Made by a program: the position numbers and the translations under genes | In this document: piece by piece, positions 22,631 through 32,218 of the stretch | Layout of the letters: each line of letters begins with the position of its first letter | How positions within the stretch are numbered: position 1 is the stretch's first letter | Notes under the pieces: generated by a model | The model's input: the letters and a program-made list of their open reading frames with translations, nothing else | Database searches by the model: none | What the model was told of the DNA's origin: nothing | DNA from: Pseudomonadota bacterium | GTDB taxonomy: Bacteria; Bdellovibrionota; FAC87; UBA2466 | Assembly: GCA_043718025.1 (NCBI GenBank) | Contig: JAYSWN010000188.1 | Location: forward strand, 25,094-89,093 | Direction: 5' to 3' | Length of the DNA stretch: 64,000 nt

Positions 22631-23278
22631 TTAGCGAAACGCTTGGGTGATGGCTTCCGTGGCCGGTATCACGATGCCCGCAGGTAACCTTAACGAGCCG
22701 TCTTCAACGTAGAACTGATTGTTGGCGTAATCATTCACCCACAGGGCCTTCAGATTTTTCGCCTTTAGGGTGGTCACCAGCTTGGCCGTATCGGCGAGCA
22801 GAAGATCTAAGATCGCGATCTGAGACGGCGAAAAGGAAACTGTCCGCTGGCTCAACCTGACTTCGAGATCAATCTCGCTGGCCGTAAGCGCCTTTCGCAA
22901 GGCTTGCCCGCGCTCCACTATCGCCTTCAAAGTGTTGATCGGCTCAGGGAGTGATTCAGATCCGCTAATTTTATCGCCCACTACATTTCCGCTAGAAAAC
23001 TGGGTGCCGTTAAAGCTGTAATCGGCCCGCTTTACATCGCCCAGATAGTTGCGCACAAACGCGGCGTTGGTGCCGTAACCCTCTTTTTGTAACGTATAGA
23101 GCCCTTTATCGGGGGTTACGACAAAGTAAGGCACTTGGGCGGCCTTCATGAGTTCGCTGGTGGACTGGTAAACGCCCACCGCCGCCTCCAGTTTTTCAGC
23201 TGGTTTTAGTTTCCCGCAGCCCACCATGGCAAAAAGGGAAACGATTCCGATCACTAGGTAATTGATATTTGTTTTCAT
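22631..23278 (-). CDS. Hypothetical lipoprotein
   Basis: MKTNINYLVIGIVSLFAMVG-C lipobox; GGAG SD. Confidence 0.7.
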   Translation of the reverse strand: MKTNINYLVIGIVSLFAMVGCGKLKPAEKLEAAVGVYQSTSELMKAAQVPYFVVTPDKGLYTLQKEGYGTNAAFVRNYLGDVKRADYSFNGTQFSSGNVVGDKISGSESLPEPINTLKAIVERGQALRKALTASEIDLEVRLSQRTVSFSPSQIAILDLLLADTAKLVTTLKAKNLKALWVNDYANNQFYVEDGSLRLPAGIVIPATEAITQAFR

Positions 23279-23408
23279 AAGTTCTCCGTGTTGGAGGTCT
23301 TATAGAAAATGTTGAAAGGCACCACGATGAAGAAAGTTGAAATGAGCACGTTAGTGTTTAGCCGGCGAAACACTTAAGCCTTGGGCGATTTTACCAGGCA
23401 AGTAGCGA

Positions 23409-24704
23409 TTACTCCTTCGCGGGAGTGACGAGTCGGGCGCCCCGTTGCGAAAAAAAGTAGGACCAGGCCCATTCGACAAGCACCACGATGCGATTTCTAA
23501 AACCGATCAAATAGAAAATGTGAACAAATAGCCAAGCGATCCAAGCGACTAGGCCGGTGAGCCTTAACGAGCCTACCTCTGCCACGGCGGCTGATTTTCC
23601 GATCGTCGCCAGGTTGCCTTTGTTGAAATAGCGAAAGGGTTTTGAAATAGATCTACCCCGAATCAAACTCTTAATTGCCAAGGCGGCATAATGCCCTTGT
23701 TGCATGGCAACGGGAGCCACGCCCGGAAGGGAGATCCCCTTGTCATCGAGAACGCACGCTGTATCGCCGACTACAAAAATCTCGGGGTTGCCGGGAACCT
23801 GTAGGTACTCGTTCACTATTACCCGTCCGCCCCGATCGGCCTCAACGTTAAGCCACTTCGCGGCGGGCGACGCCATCACTCCGGCCGTCCATAAAATAGT
23901 ACGCGCGTAGAGTGTTTCCTGCGCCAGCCTGACTACGCCCTCTTCAATCTTCTCAACCCGCGTACCTTCTCTAATCACTACGCCCAAACGTTCTAAGTCT
24001 TGCTTGGCACGTTCGCTCAAGCTTTCGGGAAACGCCGCGAGAATCCGTGCACCAGCTTCGATCAAAGTGATTCGCACGTCGCTGGGCTTGATCCTGCGAA
24101 AGTCACGGCTCAACGAGATTCGTGCGAGCTCAGAAATGGCGCCGGCCATTTCAACCCCCGTAGGCCCTCCCCCCACTAAAATAAAATGAAGTAATACCGA
24201 GCGGCGCAGCGGATCGTCTTCGGTTTCGGCGTCTTCAAACGCCAACAATATTTTTTGCCGAATCGACGTCGCGTCCGGAATTGATTTAAGTCCAGGGGCA
24301 AAGGGTTGCCATTCATCGTGCCCAAAATAGGTTCCGCGCGCCCCGGTGGCCACCACCAAATAATCGTAGTCGATTTGTCTCTCTTGCTCGGAAACCAGCG
24401 CCGTTATTTTGCGGCTAGTCCTGTCGATTCCCTTTACGTCTGCTAACAACACGCGCGTGTTTTTCTGACCGCGAAGCACGCTACGAATTGGCATCGCAAT
24501 TTCGGCCGGCGATAGAGTTGCGGTAGCCACCTGGTAAAGGAGAGGCTGGAAAAGATGGTGGTTCTTCTTGTCCACCACCACGATTTCAGCCGGTAAATTT
24601 TTCAGGTCTCGCGCGCAGTTTATGCCCGCAAAACCAGCGCCTAAAATGACCACTTTCGGAGTTTTCACATCGCAGAGACTATCGCCAAAAGTTACAATTG
24701 CCAC
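23409..24704 (-). CDS. ndh: Type II NADH dehydrogenase-like FAD-dependent oxidoreductase
   Basis: VVILGAGFAG, HLFQPLLYQVATA, VGGGPTGVEMAG, VFVVGD, PGVAPVAMQQG. Confidence 0.9.
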   Translation of the reverse strand: MAIVTFGDSLCDVKTPKVVILGAGFAGINCARDLKNLPAEIVVVDKKNHHLFQPLLYQVATATLSPAEIAMPIRSVLRGQKNTRVLLADVKGIDRTSRKITALVSEQERQIDYDYLVVATGARGTYFGHDEWQPFAPGLKSIPDATSIRQKILLAFEDAETEDDPLRRSVLLHFILVGGGPTGVEMAGAISELARISLSRDFRRIKPSDVRITLIEAGARILAAFPESLSERAKQDLERLGVVIREGTRVEKIEEGVVRLAQETLYARTILWTAGVMASPAAKWLNVEADRGGRVIVNEYLQVPGNPEIFVVGDTACVLDDKGISLPGVAPVAMQQGHYAALAIKSLIRGRSISKPFRYFNKGNLATIGKSAAVAEVGSLRLTGLVAWIAWLFVHIFYLIGFRNRIVVLVEWAWSYFFSQRGARLVTPAKE

Positions 24705-24758
24705 GCCGCATCTCCTCAGGCTACCTCAGTCACACATGGTGTGGTTGGAGGAGAAAAA

Positions 24759-25823
24759 ATGTTCAAAGTTATATTCCTAATGATGGCCGTCGCAGTGGCT
24801 TCGCCCGCGGAGCACGTAAAGTATGAGGTAAGCCAACAACAGTTTAATCAGCTACTAGAAATGACGGCACACCTTAACGATATGGCCGCCGCCATTGAAA
24901 AGGACTTTGGATCAAACGAAGTCATGCCGCGCGAGCGCGACCGCCGCGATTTCAAGCGCGACATGGGCGATCTTAAAAACCATTCAACCCAAACAGTGGC
25001 ACGCTGGATCGACAGAGTGAAAAAGAGTGATTTTATTCCGCCCGTGGTGACTCCGCTTTTGCCGGCTCCGGCTCCGAACGATGTCACGCTGACTGAAACC
25101 TTCGTTCAAACGTCTGGCTTTTCCACTTTCTATGCTGCGGATTTCAATGGAGCCGCAACCGCCATGTCTGCTCAGTGCGCGGAATGGCGAGAAACCGTGA
25201 AAAAAAATACGCTGGGTAGCGTAACCATTGCTCAGTGTTCGGGCCCCGAACAAGTGAAGTTGGAAGACGGTAACATTGGGGCCAAAGTCACCGGCCAGAT
25301 CAAGTTATCTTTTGCTCAATATTCGGGCTACGTCGCCGTAAAATCAGTTTCGGCTACGTTTTCGAACAACTCCGGTTTTGGCACTTACTACGCGGGGGAC
25401 TTCGGAAAAGCCGCAGCCAATTCAAAACGGCAATGCGGCGAGTGGGTTTCCGGAGTTCGGGCTCAGTCGCAAGGATTAATTCTCTATACTTCGTGCGGTG
25501 GCACTCAGACGGTAAAAGGCTTGGGTGGTAATTTGCACGCCTCAGTAACGGGAACGGTAACTTACACGCATCGTCCCTCTAAGTCTGAAGCCAATGTGTT
25601 GAATCAACAGTTCACAAACAACAGCGGTTTTTCGACTTATTACGAAGGGGACTACAATAAAGCAGCGGCGGCGTCTCGTGCGCAATGCCAGGCGTGGATT
25701 GCCGATACGATCAACAATTCGTCGGCGCTTCCGGTTTTCGCCAGCTGCGCGGGACCTGAGCCGGTGATGAATTCGAATCTATACGCACGTTATAGCGGAC
25801 AGGTAGTTTTGCTTCCGAAATAG
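24759..25823 (+). CDS. Hypothetical secreted protein with three tandem Cys-pair repeats (start revised to ATG 24759)
   Basis: GGAGGAG SD, signal peptide, and three units matching SGFxT[FY]YxxD[FY]xxAAxxxxxQCxxW...CxG. Confidence 0.8.
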   Translation: MFKVIFLMMAVAVASPAEHVKYEVSQQQFNQLLEMTAHLNDMAAAIEKDFGSNEVMPRERDRRDFKRDMGDLKNHSTQTVARWIDRVKKSDFIPPVVTPLLPAPAPNDVTLTETFVQTSGFSTFYAADFNGAATAMSAQCAEWRETVKKNTLGSVTIAQCSGPEQVKLEDGNIGAKVTGQIKLSFAQYSGYVAVKSVSATFSNNSGFGTYYAGDFGKAAANSKRQCGEWVSGVRAQSQGLILYTSCGGTQTVKGLGGNLHASVTGTVTYTHRPSKSEANVLNQQFTNNSGFSTYYEGDYNKAAAASRAQCQAWIADTINNSSALPVFASCAGPEPVMNSNLYARYSGQVVLLPK

Positions 25824-25850
25824 GTTTCGAAAGAAAATCGTAAATTGGAG

Positions 25851-25883
25851 AGCCGGTGCCTTGATAAGGAATCGGCTTTTTTT
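25851..25883 (+). terminator. Intrinsic terminator of the 24759 gene
   Basis: AGCCGGTGCCTT-GAT-AAGGAATCGGCT followed by a T-run. Confidence 0.65.
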
Positions 25884-26916
25884 ATTTTCCGCCCGCGGCT
25901 TTTTTAAAAGCATCGGGCATGCAAGGATCGAAACCTTCGGGAAGAACAAATGGCGCGCGGCTTGAAAAATTGGTAACGAAAGACTGAAAAACTTTGGGAT
26001 CAAATTTTCCGGGCTGCATGCGAAACATTTTCTCCATTGCCCCCTCCGCGTCCAGAGCCTGGTGATAAGAACGGTCGGTGGTGAGCGCATCAAACACATC
26101 GGCAATTGCCACGATGCGAGCTAAAAGAGAAATATCTTCGCCGTGCCGGCCATCGGGATACCCTTTGCCGTCAAAGTTTTCGTGATGTTCGTAAACTACT
26201 CGCAACACTTCCGAACCAACGTTAACGCCTTGAAGCGCGTTACGGCCGTATTCAGGATGACGCTTCACCTCGGACCACTCTTGCTTAGTGAGCGGCCCGG
26301 GTTTGTTAATTACGTTCCACGCTAAATTTCTTTTTCCTAGGTCATGGAGCAGACCGCCAAGACCGGCTTGAACTAAAATAGCTTTGTCGTCGCCGAACAC
26401 CCGTCGCGCAAACGCGATGGCGTAGATAGCCACGTTTACCGAATGGTTAAACGTATAAAAATCGTGATTCACCAGTGCCATCAATTTTTGAACGGTCCCT
26501 AAATCTGAGGTCACCCGATCTACCATCGCCGCAACCAAATCTTTCGCCATTTCGATGCCAGGAGAAATATCCGGACGAAGAAACAGCTCACTAACGTGAA
26601 GCAAGGTGGTCTGCTTAATGAAATGGCCCCATTCCGTTTCTGCTGCGACACGAATGAGGCTGCACTCTTTCAGATACAAAAGGTAGTAGGGGCGGTGCTC
26701 TTCGGGGACCCAAAAACGGGTAATTCCGTGCCGCGAAAGCGCTTCGATACGGTGAGTAGAAATGCTCTCTCCCCGTGTCTTAAAAATCACGTCACGGCCT
26801 GCCACCTTGAGAAACAGATCCACCGGAAGCGGTTGATCGGGCAGTAGTGAGCTCAAGTGAATTGCGAACAAATCCACGACAACCTCATGTGATCGGAGCT
26901 TGAGGGCGCCAACCAT
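25882..26916 (-). CDS. HD-GYP domain c-di-GMP phosphodiesterase-family protein
   Basis: HSVNV, LLHDLGK, HHENFDGKGYPDG, IADVFDALTTDRSY. Confidence 0.92.
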   Translation of the reverse strand: MVGALKLRSHEVVVDLFAIHLSSLLPDQPLPVDLFLKVAGRDVIFKTRGESISTHRIEALSRHGITRFWVPEEHRPYYLLYLKECSLIRVAAETEWGHFIKQTTLLHVSELFLRPDISPGIEMAKDLVAAMVDRVTSDLGTVQKLMALVNHDFYTFNHSVNVAIYAIAFARRVFGDDKAILVQAGLGGLLHDLGKRNLAWNVINKPGPLTKQEWSEVKRHPEYGRNALQGVNVGSEVLRVVYEHHENFDGKGYPDGRHGEDISLLARIVAIADVFDALTTDRSYHQALDAEGAMEKMFRMQPGKFDPKVFQSFVTNFSSRAPFVLPEGFDPCMPDAFKKAAGGK

Positions 26917-26938
26917 GACGCACGTCCCCGCACTAAGC

Positions 26939-26965
26939 TTATCGGCTACGCGTTAGATGCCTTTA
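26939..26965 (-). promoter_or_regulatory. sigma28/FliA promoter of the HD-GYP gene
   Basis: The minus strand reads TAAA-N15-GCCGATAA (exact consensus), ending 22 nt before the ATG. Confidence 0.85.
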
Positions 26966-26984
26966 GTCATTTTTATTAGCCGCG

Positions 26985-28637
26985 TTAAATATCGAGAATC
27001 AAAGGCATTACCACCGGCTTATGGCTAACCCTTTTTCTAAAAAAGCGGCGCACTTCAACCCGCAAAGCCTCAAGCGGATCTTGGGCCGCGATGATCTCTT
27101 CGTACAGATCTTCAATCCAGTCTTTAGCCCGTTCCACAGTCTCTTTTTCTTCTTCGCCTTCGCGGTATAGCAAGCCGTAGGGCATGATCGACGGTCGGCA
27201 AAGTAAATCTTTGGTGCGCTTGTCACGAAGCAGACTGGCAAAAACCAAACCCGTTTTGGCCAGCTGAACTCGCTTTGAAAATTGGGCCGTCGAGCTTTCC
27301 ATCGAAAACCGATCGACCACTACGCCCTTTTCGAGCTCGTGTTTTTCGCCCAACCGAACGCCGTCGACTCCCACTTCAATTGACTGGCCGTTTTCGATAA
27401 TAAAAATATTCTCTGGCTTTACACCAGATTGCCGAGCCAACTTAGAGTGCTTAGAGAGGTGCCGGTACTCACCATGTAAAGGAACAAAATACTTCGGTTT
27501 ACACGCGTTCAGCATCATTAACAGCTCATCTTGATAGGCGTGACCTGAAACGTGAATAGTGTGATGCGATTCGTACACCACCTCCGCACCCTGCCGGTAA
27601 AGCTGGTCAATTAAGGAGGTAATGTTTCGCTCGTTACCCGGAATGAAACGACTCGAAAAATAGATCGTGTCGTTGTCCCGAATCGATAGATCCTTGTGAT
27701 CTTCATTGGCAATCCGCACTAACGCTGACTGTGGTTCGGCTTGGCTACCGGTTAGCAAGATGATCACTTTATCGTCTGTAACTTCGCCGATTCTCTCGAC
27801 CAATACCAAAGTATCCGGCGGAATTTTTAACGTGCCCTGCTCGTGCGCCAACCGCGAGTAGGTGTGCATACTGCGCCCCACCAGGGCCACTTTTTTTCCA
27901 AGTTTGTGGGCAAGGTGCAAAAAGCTTTCGATGCGGCGGATGTTCGAGGCAAACAACGCAATTAAAATACGCCCCGTCTGTTTCGAAAAAATGTCTTCGA
28001 ACGTAGCGGTAATTTCTAGCTCAGAAATGGTGTGGCCCAAGCGCTCCGCATTGGTGCTATCCGACATCAAAAGCTTTATGCCCTGATTGCCCCATCTTTC
28101 AAATTCATCGAAAGAGAAAGAGTCGCCACCAATTTCCTGCGTTTCGTGCTTAAAATCGCCGGTGTGAACCACCACCCCCACCGGAGTTTCAATGGCGAAA
28201 GCGTGACTCTCAATAATGGAATGCATCACCGGAATGGGATGAAACGTAAATGGCCCTACCACAAAGCTTTCGTTGGGTTTGTACTCAACAAACGTCACTT
28301 CTTTAGCGGCGGGATGTTCAACTAACTTGTTGTTGAGCAACCCACGCGGAAACGGGGGCGTATAAACCGTAACCGGCATGTGCTCAGCCAGGTAAGGAAT
28401 AGCGCCGATGTGATCGTCATGACCGTGGGTTACCACCACTCCGACCAATTTCTTTTTGCGCTCGATGATGTAGCGCAAGTCAGGAATCAGCATCTCGGCG
28501 CCGGGATAACTTGGCCCCGGAAACTGAACGCCACAGTCGATGAGTACGATTGAGTCTTCCCATTCGAAAGACAGGCAGTTCATTCCAATTTCACCCAAAC
28601 CGCCTAGGGGAAGCACTTTCAGCATTTTTTCTGGCAT
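26985..28637 (-). CDS. rnj: Ribonuclease J
   Basis: PLGGLGEIGMN, THGHDDHIGA, HTGDFK, SDSTNAE, HVSGHA, PLHGEYRHL. Confidence 0.96.
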   Translation of the reverse strand: MPEKMLKVLPLGGLGEIGMNCLSFEWEDSIVLIDCGVQFPGPSYPGAEMLIPDLRYIIERKKKLVGVVVTHGHDDHIGAIPYLAEHMPVTVYTPPFPRGLLNNKLVEHPAAKEVTFVEYKPNESFVVGPFTFHPIPVMHSIIESHAFAIETPVGVVVHTGDFKHETQEIGGDSFSFDEFERWGNQGIKLLMSDSTNAERLGHTISELEITATFEDIFSKQTGRILIALFASNIRRIESFLHLAHKLGKKVALVGRSMHTYSRLAHEQGTLKIPPDTLVLVERIGEVTDDKVIILLTGSQAEPQSALVRIANEDHKDLSIRDNDTIYFSSRFIPGNERNITSLIDQLYRQGAEVVYESHHTIHVSGHAYQDELLMMLNACKPKYFVPLHGEYRHLSKHSKLARQSGVKPENIFIIENGQSIEVGVDGVRLGEKHELEKGVVVDRFSMESSTAQFSKRVQLAKTGLVFASLLRDKRTKDLLCRPSIMPYGLLYREGEEEKETVERAKDWIEDLYEEIIAAQDPLEALRVEVRRFFRKRVSHKPVVMPLILDI

Positions 28638-28803
28638 CGCGGCTATTTAACCCCACCCCGCCACCTTAGGGAAGCATCAAGTCATAGAGTAGTGTAGTGG
28701 CACGGCTCGTCACCGTGAACGGCAGGCCAACCAGCCAATGCGGACGCCGAACCTTTTTTAACGCCTCACGCCAAACTGAACTCCTCAATTGTGTGATTTT
28801 CGC

Positions 28804-28831
28804 TAAACCCGCTACACAAAAGCTCCGATAA
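28804..28831 (+). promoter_or_regulatory. sigma28-like promoter of the LysM gene
   Basis: TAAA-N16-TCCGATAA, 26 nt before ATG 28858. Confidence 0.6.
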
Positions 28832-28857
28832 GCAGAGGAGTAGAAAAGGGGCAATCC

Positions 28858-30342
28858 ATGAGATTCCGAGAATTTCTCCTACCTTTGGTCACCGGCCTTG
28901 CGATTTTTAGCATGAGTGTTTTCATTTCATGCGCGAGCAAAAGCCGAATCGATGAAGATGGAAATGAGATTGAAGAGACATCGGTAAGCGAATCTGGTGA
29001 AGACTCTGGCTCGACCGCCCCGCCGACAAAAGGCGAAGATAATCTTGGCGAACTGCCTCCCTCGAATGAAAAAATTGCCGCAATCACCCCTCCTCCTCCT
29101 GCGGCAGAACCCACTCTATCCGCGGACGCATTGCCTCCCGCCGATCAAGTACCGCCTCCTGGTGGTGACCTTGCGAACCTGCCGCCCGAAACTGCGCCTC
29201 CGCCAGCCGACAGCTTGCCGGCCGATAGCCTGCCTGCCGACGGCTTGCCAACCGACAGCTTACCGCCCGATTCGGCTCCGACGGGAAAGATTGCCGCGGC
29301 GGCTCCTCCCACAGAGGCTGGTTTGCCTCCGGCTAGCGATTTGCCTCCGGCGGGCGATTTACCTCCCGTCACTGACTTGCCAGCGGTCGCCGCAACCGAC
29401 ATTCCTCCGGTTATTGGTGAAGCGCCAATCGACGGAGAGCCAAAGCCTCGCGCCGCCGTAGGCGGCGGCAGCAGCGTGCCCAAGATTCCGGCAAATGCCG
29501 TCACTCGGGCCGGCACGCCATTAAATCGTTTTTATTTTTTGCGTAAAGGCGACACCAAAAGTTCAGTCGCCGAAATGATTTACGGAGACAGCTCAAAAGC
29601 GAAAGAGCTGAGCAAATGGAATAAGGGCGGTTTCAATACCGGCCGCTTGGTCTTCTACCAATCGCCAGTCCAACCCGATGATAAAGAAATGAAGCCTTTT
29701 TATCAGGAAAAATCCATCGCCCCCGTCGACTACACGGTGCAAAAGGGCGACTGGCTCTCGAACATCGCCGCTAAGAAATTGGGGAGTGGTGCCAGCTGGA
29801 AAGAGATTGCGGTTTTAAATGGTATTGAAAGCCCGAGCGCTTTAGAAGTTGGCCAGAAGTATTCAATTTACCCCCTTCAAGGCAACTCCCAGTCGATGGC
29901 CGCTAACGAGGCTCCGCCTGCGCCGGCTCCCGACGCTGAACCGATTAAAAAATCTGGCAAAAAGAAGCGCGGTAAAAAGACCGCCGTGGCTGAAAACGAA
30001 CCCAGTAACCCGAACTTCAAATCGGCAGACGCTCCGATCCCGACACCTGGAGCGTCTGATGCCCCGTTGATTCAGGCCGAAGGCACTCCGCAAGCCGCCG
30101 CGCCCGTGCCGCTTCCGACTGAATCGGTACCGGCCGTCGAAACTTTCAAAAAGAAAAAGAAAGCAGGCGGTTTCGACTTACTTCGCCTCATTGAACAGAA
30201 CCTTTTCTTCCTTATCTTGGGGTTGGGCGTGGTGGTCTTGGTAACCGCCCTTTTCTTTGTAAACAAGCGCCGCAAGGCCAAGGCTGCCGAGGCTGAGTTT
30301 GGTGACGACGCCTTTGCAAGCCCCAAAGCTAAACGCCGCTGA
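28858..30342 (+). CDS. LysM-domain lipoprotein with Pro-rich linkers and a C-terminal TM helix
   Basis: Lipobox-like FIS-C, PADSL/LPPxxD repeats, two LysM-like units (YFLRKGDT, YTVQKGDWLSNIA...WKEIAVLNGI), and C-terminal FFLILGLGVVVLVTALFFV-NKRRK. Confidence 0.82.
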   Translation: MRFREFLLPLVTGLAIFSMSVFISCASKSRIDEDGNEIEETSVSESGEDSGSTAPPTKGEDNLGELPPSNEKIAAITPPPPAAEPTLSADALPPADQVPPPGGDLANLPPETAPPPADSLPADSLPADGLPTDSLPPDSAPTGKIAAAAPPTEAGLPPASDLPPAGDLPPVTDLPAVAATDIPPVIGEAPIDGEPKPRAAVGGGSSVPKIPANAVTRAGTPLNRFYFLRKGDTKSSVAEMIYGDSSKAKELSKWNKGGFNTGRLVFYQSPVQPDDKEMKPFYQEKSIAPVDYTVQKGDWLSNIAAKKLGSGASWKEIAVLNGIESPSALEVGQKYSIYPLQGNSQSMAANEAPPAPAPDAEPIKKSGKKKRGKKTAVAENEPSNPNFKSADAPIPTPGASDAPLIQAEGTPQAAAPVPLPTESVPAVETFKKKKKAGGFDLLRLIEQNLFFLILGLGVVVLVTALFFVNKRRKAKAAEAEFGDDAFASPKAKRR

Positions 30343-30365
30343 CCTGAGGCACCGCATTTTTCTCT

Positions 30366-30416
30366 GGCCCCCTGCTTTCCCGCTTAAAACCGGGTTAAAT
30401 CAGGGGGCCTTTTTTT
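30366..30416 (+). terminator. Intrinsic terminator downstream of the LysM gene
   Basis: GGCCCCCTG...CAGGGGGCC followed by T7, with an inner CCCG/CGGG stem. Confidence 0.75.
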
Positions 30417-30472
30417 AGGCGCTTGCAGCAGAACCGTCGGCCGGAACCCGTTTATCCAAGCCTTCTCGACAA

Positions 30473-30501
30473 TTGACAATGGTGCCAGGCCAAAGCAATT
30501 T
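30473..30501 (+). promoter_or_regulatory. sigma70 promoter of metK
   Basis: TTGACA-N17-CAATTT; GAGG SD at 30521. Confidence 0.55.
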
Positions 30502-30533
30502 AGGCGTTTTCTCAAAGACCGAGGCACTCATAA

Positions 30534-31709
30534 ATGAACCTACGTAACTGCCTTTTTACTTCCGAATCAGTCACCGAAGGCCATCCGGATAAGATGGCCG
30601 ATCAGATTTCGGACGCCGTGTTAGACGCCATTTTAGCCCAAGATCCACGCGGTCGTGTCGCCTGCGAAACCATGCTGACCACCGGACTGGTAATCGTCAG
30701 TGGGGAAATCACCACAAACGCAATCGTAGATTTTCAAGATATCGTACGAAACACCGTCAAAAAGATCGGTTTCACTTCGAGCGACCTTGGTTTTGATTAC
30801 AAGACCTGCTCGGTAGTCACCGCGATTGGCCGCCAGTCGGCCGACATTTCTCAGGGTGTGACCGAAGGCGAAGGGTTGTTCAAAGAGCAAGGCGCCGGCG
30901 ATCAAGGCTTGATGTTCGGTTATGCTTGCGATGAAACGCCCGAGTTCATGCCAGCCACCATCGCGTTCTCGCACCGGCTAACTCGACGGTTGGCCGAAGT
31001 TCGTAAAGAAGGCGTGTTAGATTTCTTGCGGCCCGATGGCAAAGCTCAGGTGACGGTTCAGTACGACGCCAATGGCGCCGTGAAACGCGTTGAAGCAGTT
31101 GTGGTTTCAACACAGCATAACCCTGACGTCAGCCACGAAAAGCTCGTAGCCTCGGTTCAAGAAGAGGTGATTGCTAAATCGATTCCGGCGAAGCTCATCG
31201 ATTCTAAAACCAAGTTTTTTGTAAATCCCACCGGTCGTTTTGTAGTGGGTGGTCCGATGGGCGACTGCGGTCTGACTGGCCGTAAAATTATTGTCGACAC
31301 GTATGGCGGCCATGGGGCCCACGGTGGCGGGGCTTTCTCCGGAAAAGATCCGTCTAAGGTAGATCGCTCGGCCAGCTACATGGGCCGCTACATTGCCAAA
31401 AATATTGTGGCCGCAGGACTCGCCAAACGTTGTTTGGTTCAATTGGCTTACGCCATTGGTGTCGCCGAGCCGGTATCATTGATGGTGGATGATTTTGGCA
31501 CCGGCACGATGTCGGCCGAAAAACTGAGCGGAGCAGTTCGCGAAATTTTCGGCGTTAAGCCGGCCGACATTATTAAACGGCTGGATCTACTTCGGCCCAT
31601 TTACGAAGAGACTGCCGCCTATGGACACTTTGGCCGTAACTCCGCAAAAGGTTTTACGTGGGAGAAGACAGATCGCGTGGACGATTTGAAAGCTCTGCTA
31701 AAGCATTAG
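30534..31709 (+). CDS. metK: S-adenosylmethionine synthetase
   Basis: [54 protein letters not shown]. Confidence 0.98.
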   Translation: MNLRNCLFTSESVTEGHPDKMADQISDAVLDAILAQDPRGRVACETMLTTGLVIVSGEITTNAIVDFQDIVRNTVKKIGFTSSDLGFDYKTCSVVTAIGRQSADISQGVTEGEGLFKEQGAGDQGLMFGYACDETPEFMPATIAFSHRLTRRLAEVRKEGVLDFLRPDGKAQVTVQYDANGAVKRVEAVVVSTQHNPDVSHEKLVASVQEEVIAKSIPAKLIDSKTKFFVNPTGRFVVGGPMGDCGLTGRKIIVDTYGGHGAHGGGAFSGKDPSKVDRSASYMGRYIAKNIVAAGLAKRCLVQLAYAIGVAEPVSLMVDDFGTGTMSAEKLSGAVREIFGVKPADIIKRLDLLRPIYEETAAYGHFGRNSAKGFTWEKTDRVDDLKALLKH

Positions 31710-31721
31710 TCCCGCACGAAT

Positions 31722-31928
31722 TTAGGTATCAAACGGGCCGTTCCTCTTTGCCTCTTCCGCAGTGGCCCCCGCTTCAACGTAGGCTGGAGCGTTGTGCGGA
31801 ATTGCCGCCTCTTCAATTTCCATCTCTAGATCGATGAGTAGCTCATCGCATCGAAAACAGAGCTGGCGATGGCCCAGGAAAAACAACGACTTTTCATTTG
31901 TGCAAATAGAACAGTTTGCTTTCGTCAT
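31722..31928 (-). CDS. Small CxxC...CxxC zinc-finger-like protein (start revised to ATG 31928)
   Basis: MTKANCSIC-x13-CFRC followed by an acidic tail; GGGGG SD 6 nt before the ATG. Confidence 0.55.
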   Translation of the reverse strand: MTKANCSICTNEKSLFFLGHRQLCFRCDELLIDLEMEIEEAAIPHNAPAYVEAGATAEEAKRNGPFDT

Positions 31929-32162
31929 ACGTACCCCCAAAAACTACATGCGGAGCGGCACCTAAAACCAACCTATGTCCTGCGGTTCGAGCTGCTTATA
32001 AGTTAGGCGACTGAGTAAGAAGGATTCGGGTGACAACTTTATTGTGAGACATTTTACGCGCCGTATCAATAGGGAACCGGCAGCATACGGTGTATACAGC
32101 GCGAATACAGTGAGGTTGCTCACCAAATACGTCGATATGCTGATGATTCTAACCCTCTCGGC

Positions 32163-32195
32163 AAAAAAAAAGGCACCCTAGTGGGGCGCCTTTTT
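32163..32195 (-). terminator. Intrinsic terminator of lon (possibly bidirectional)
   Basis: Minus strand GGCGCCC-CACTA-GGGTGCC-T9; T5 on the opposite side. Confidence 0.85.
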
Positions 32196-32218
32196 CTCAA
32201 TGGGTAGCTCGAAAATAA

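Noticed and set aside
20531-25823. Integrated genomic island at tRNA-Val
   Set aside because: The genes look accessory, but I saw no integrase and no duplicated tRNA 3' end (checked by eye only).
29200-29400. DNA tandem repeat or contingency locus
   Set aside because: The repeats are degenerate at the DNA level and are explained by Pro-rich protein repeats.
30343-30533. SAM riboswitch upstream of metK
   Set aside because: No SAM-I or SAM-II consensus was recognised. The hairpin is better explained as the upstream gene's terminator, and the candidate promoter lies after it.
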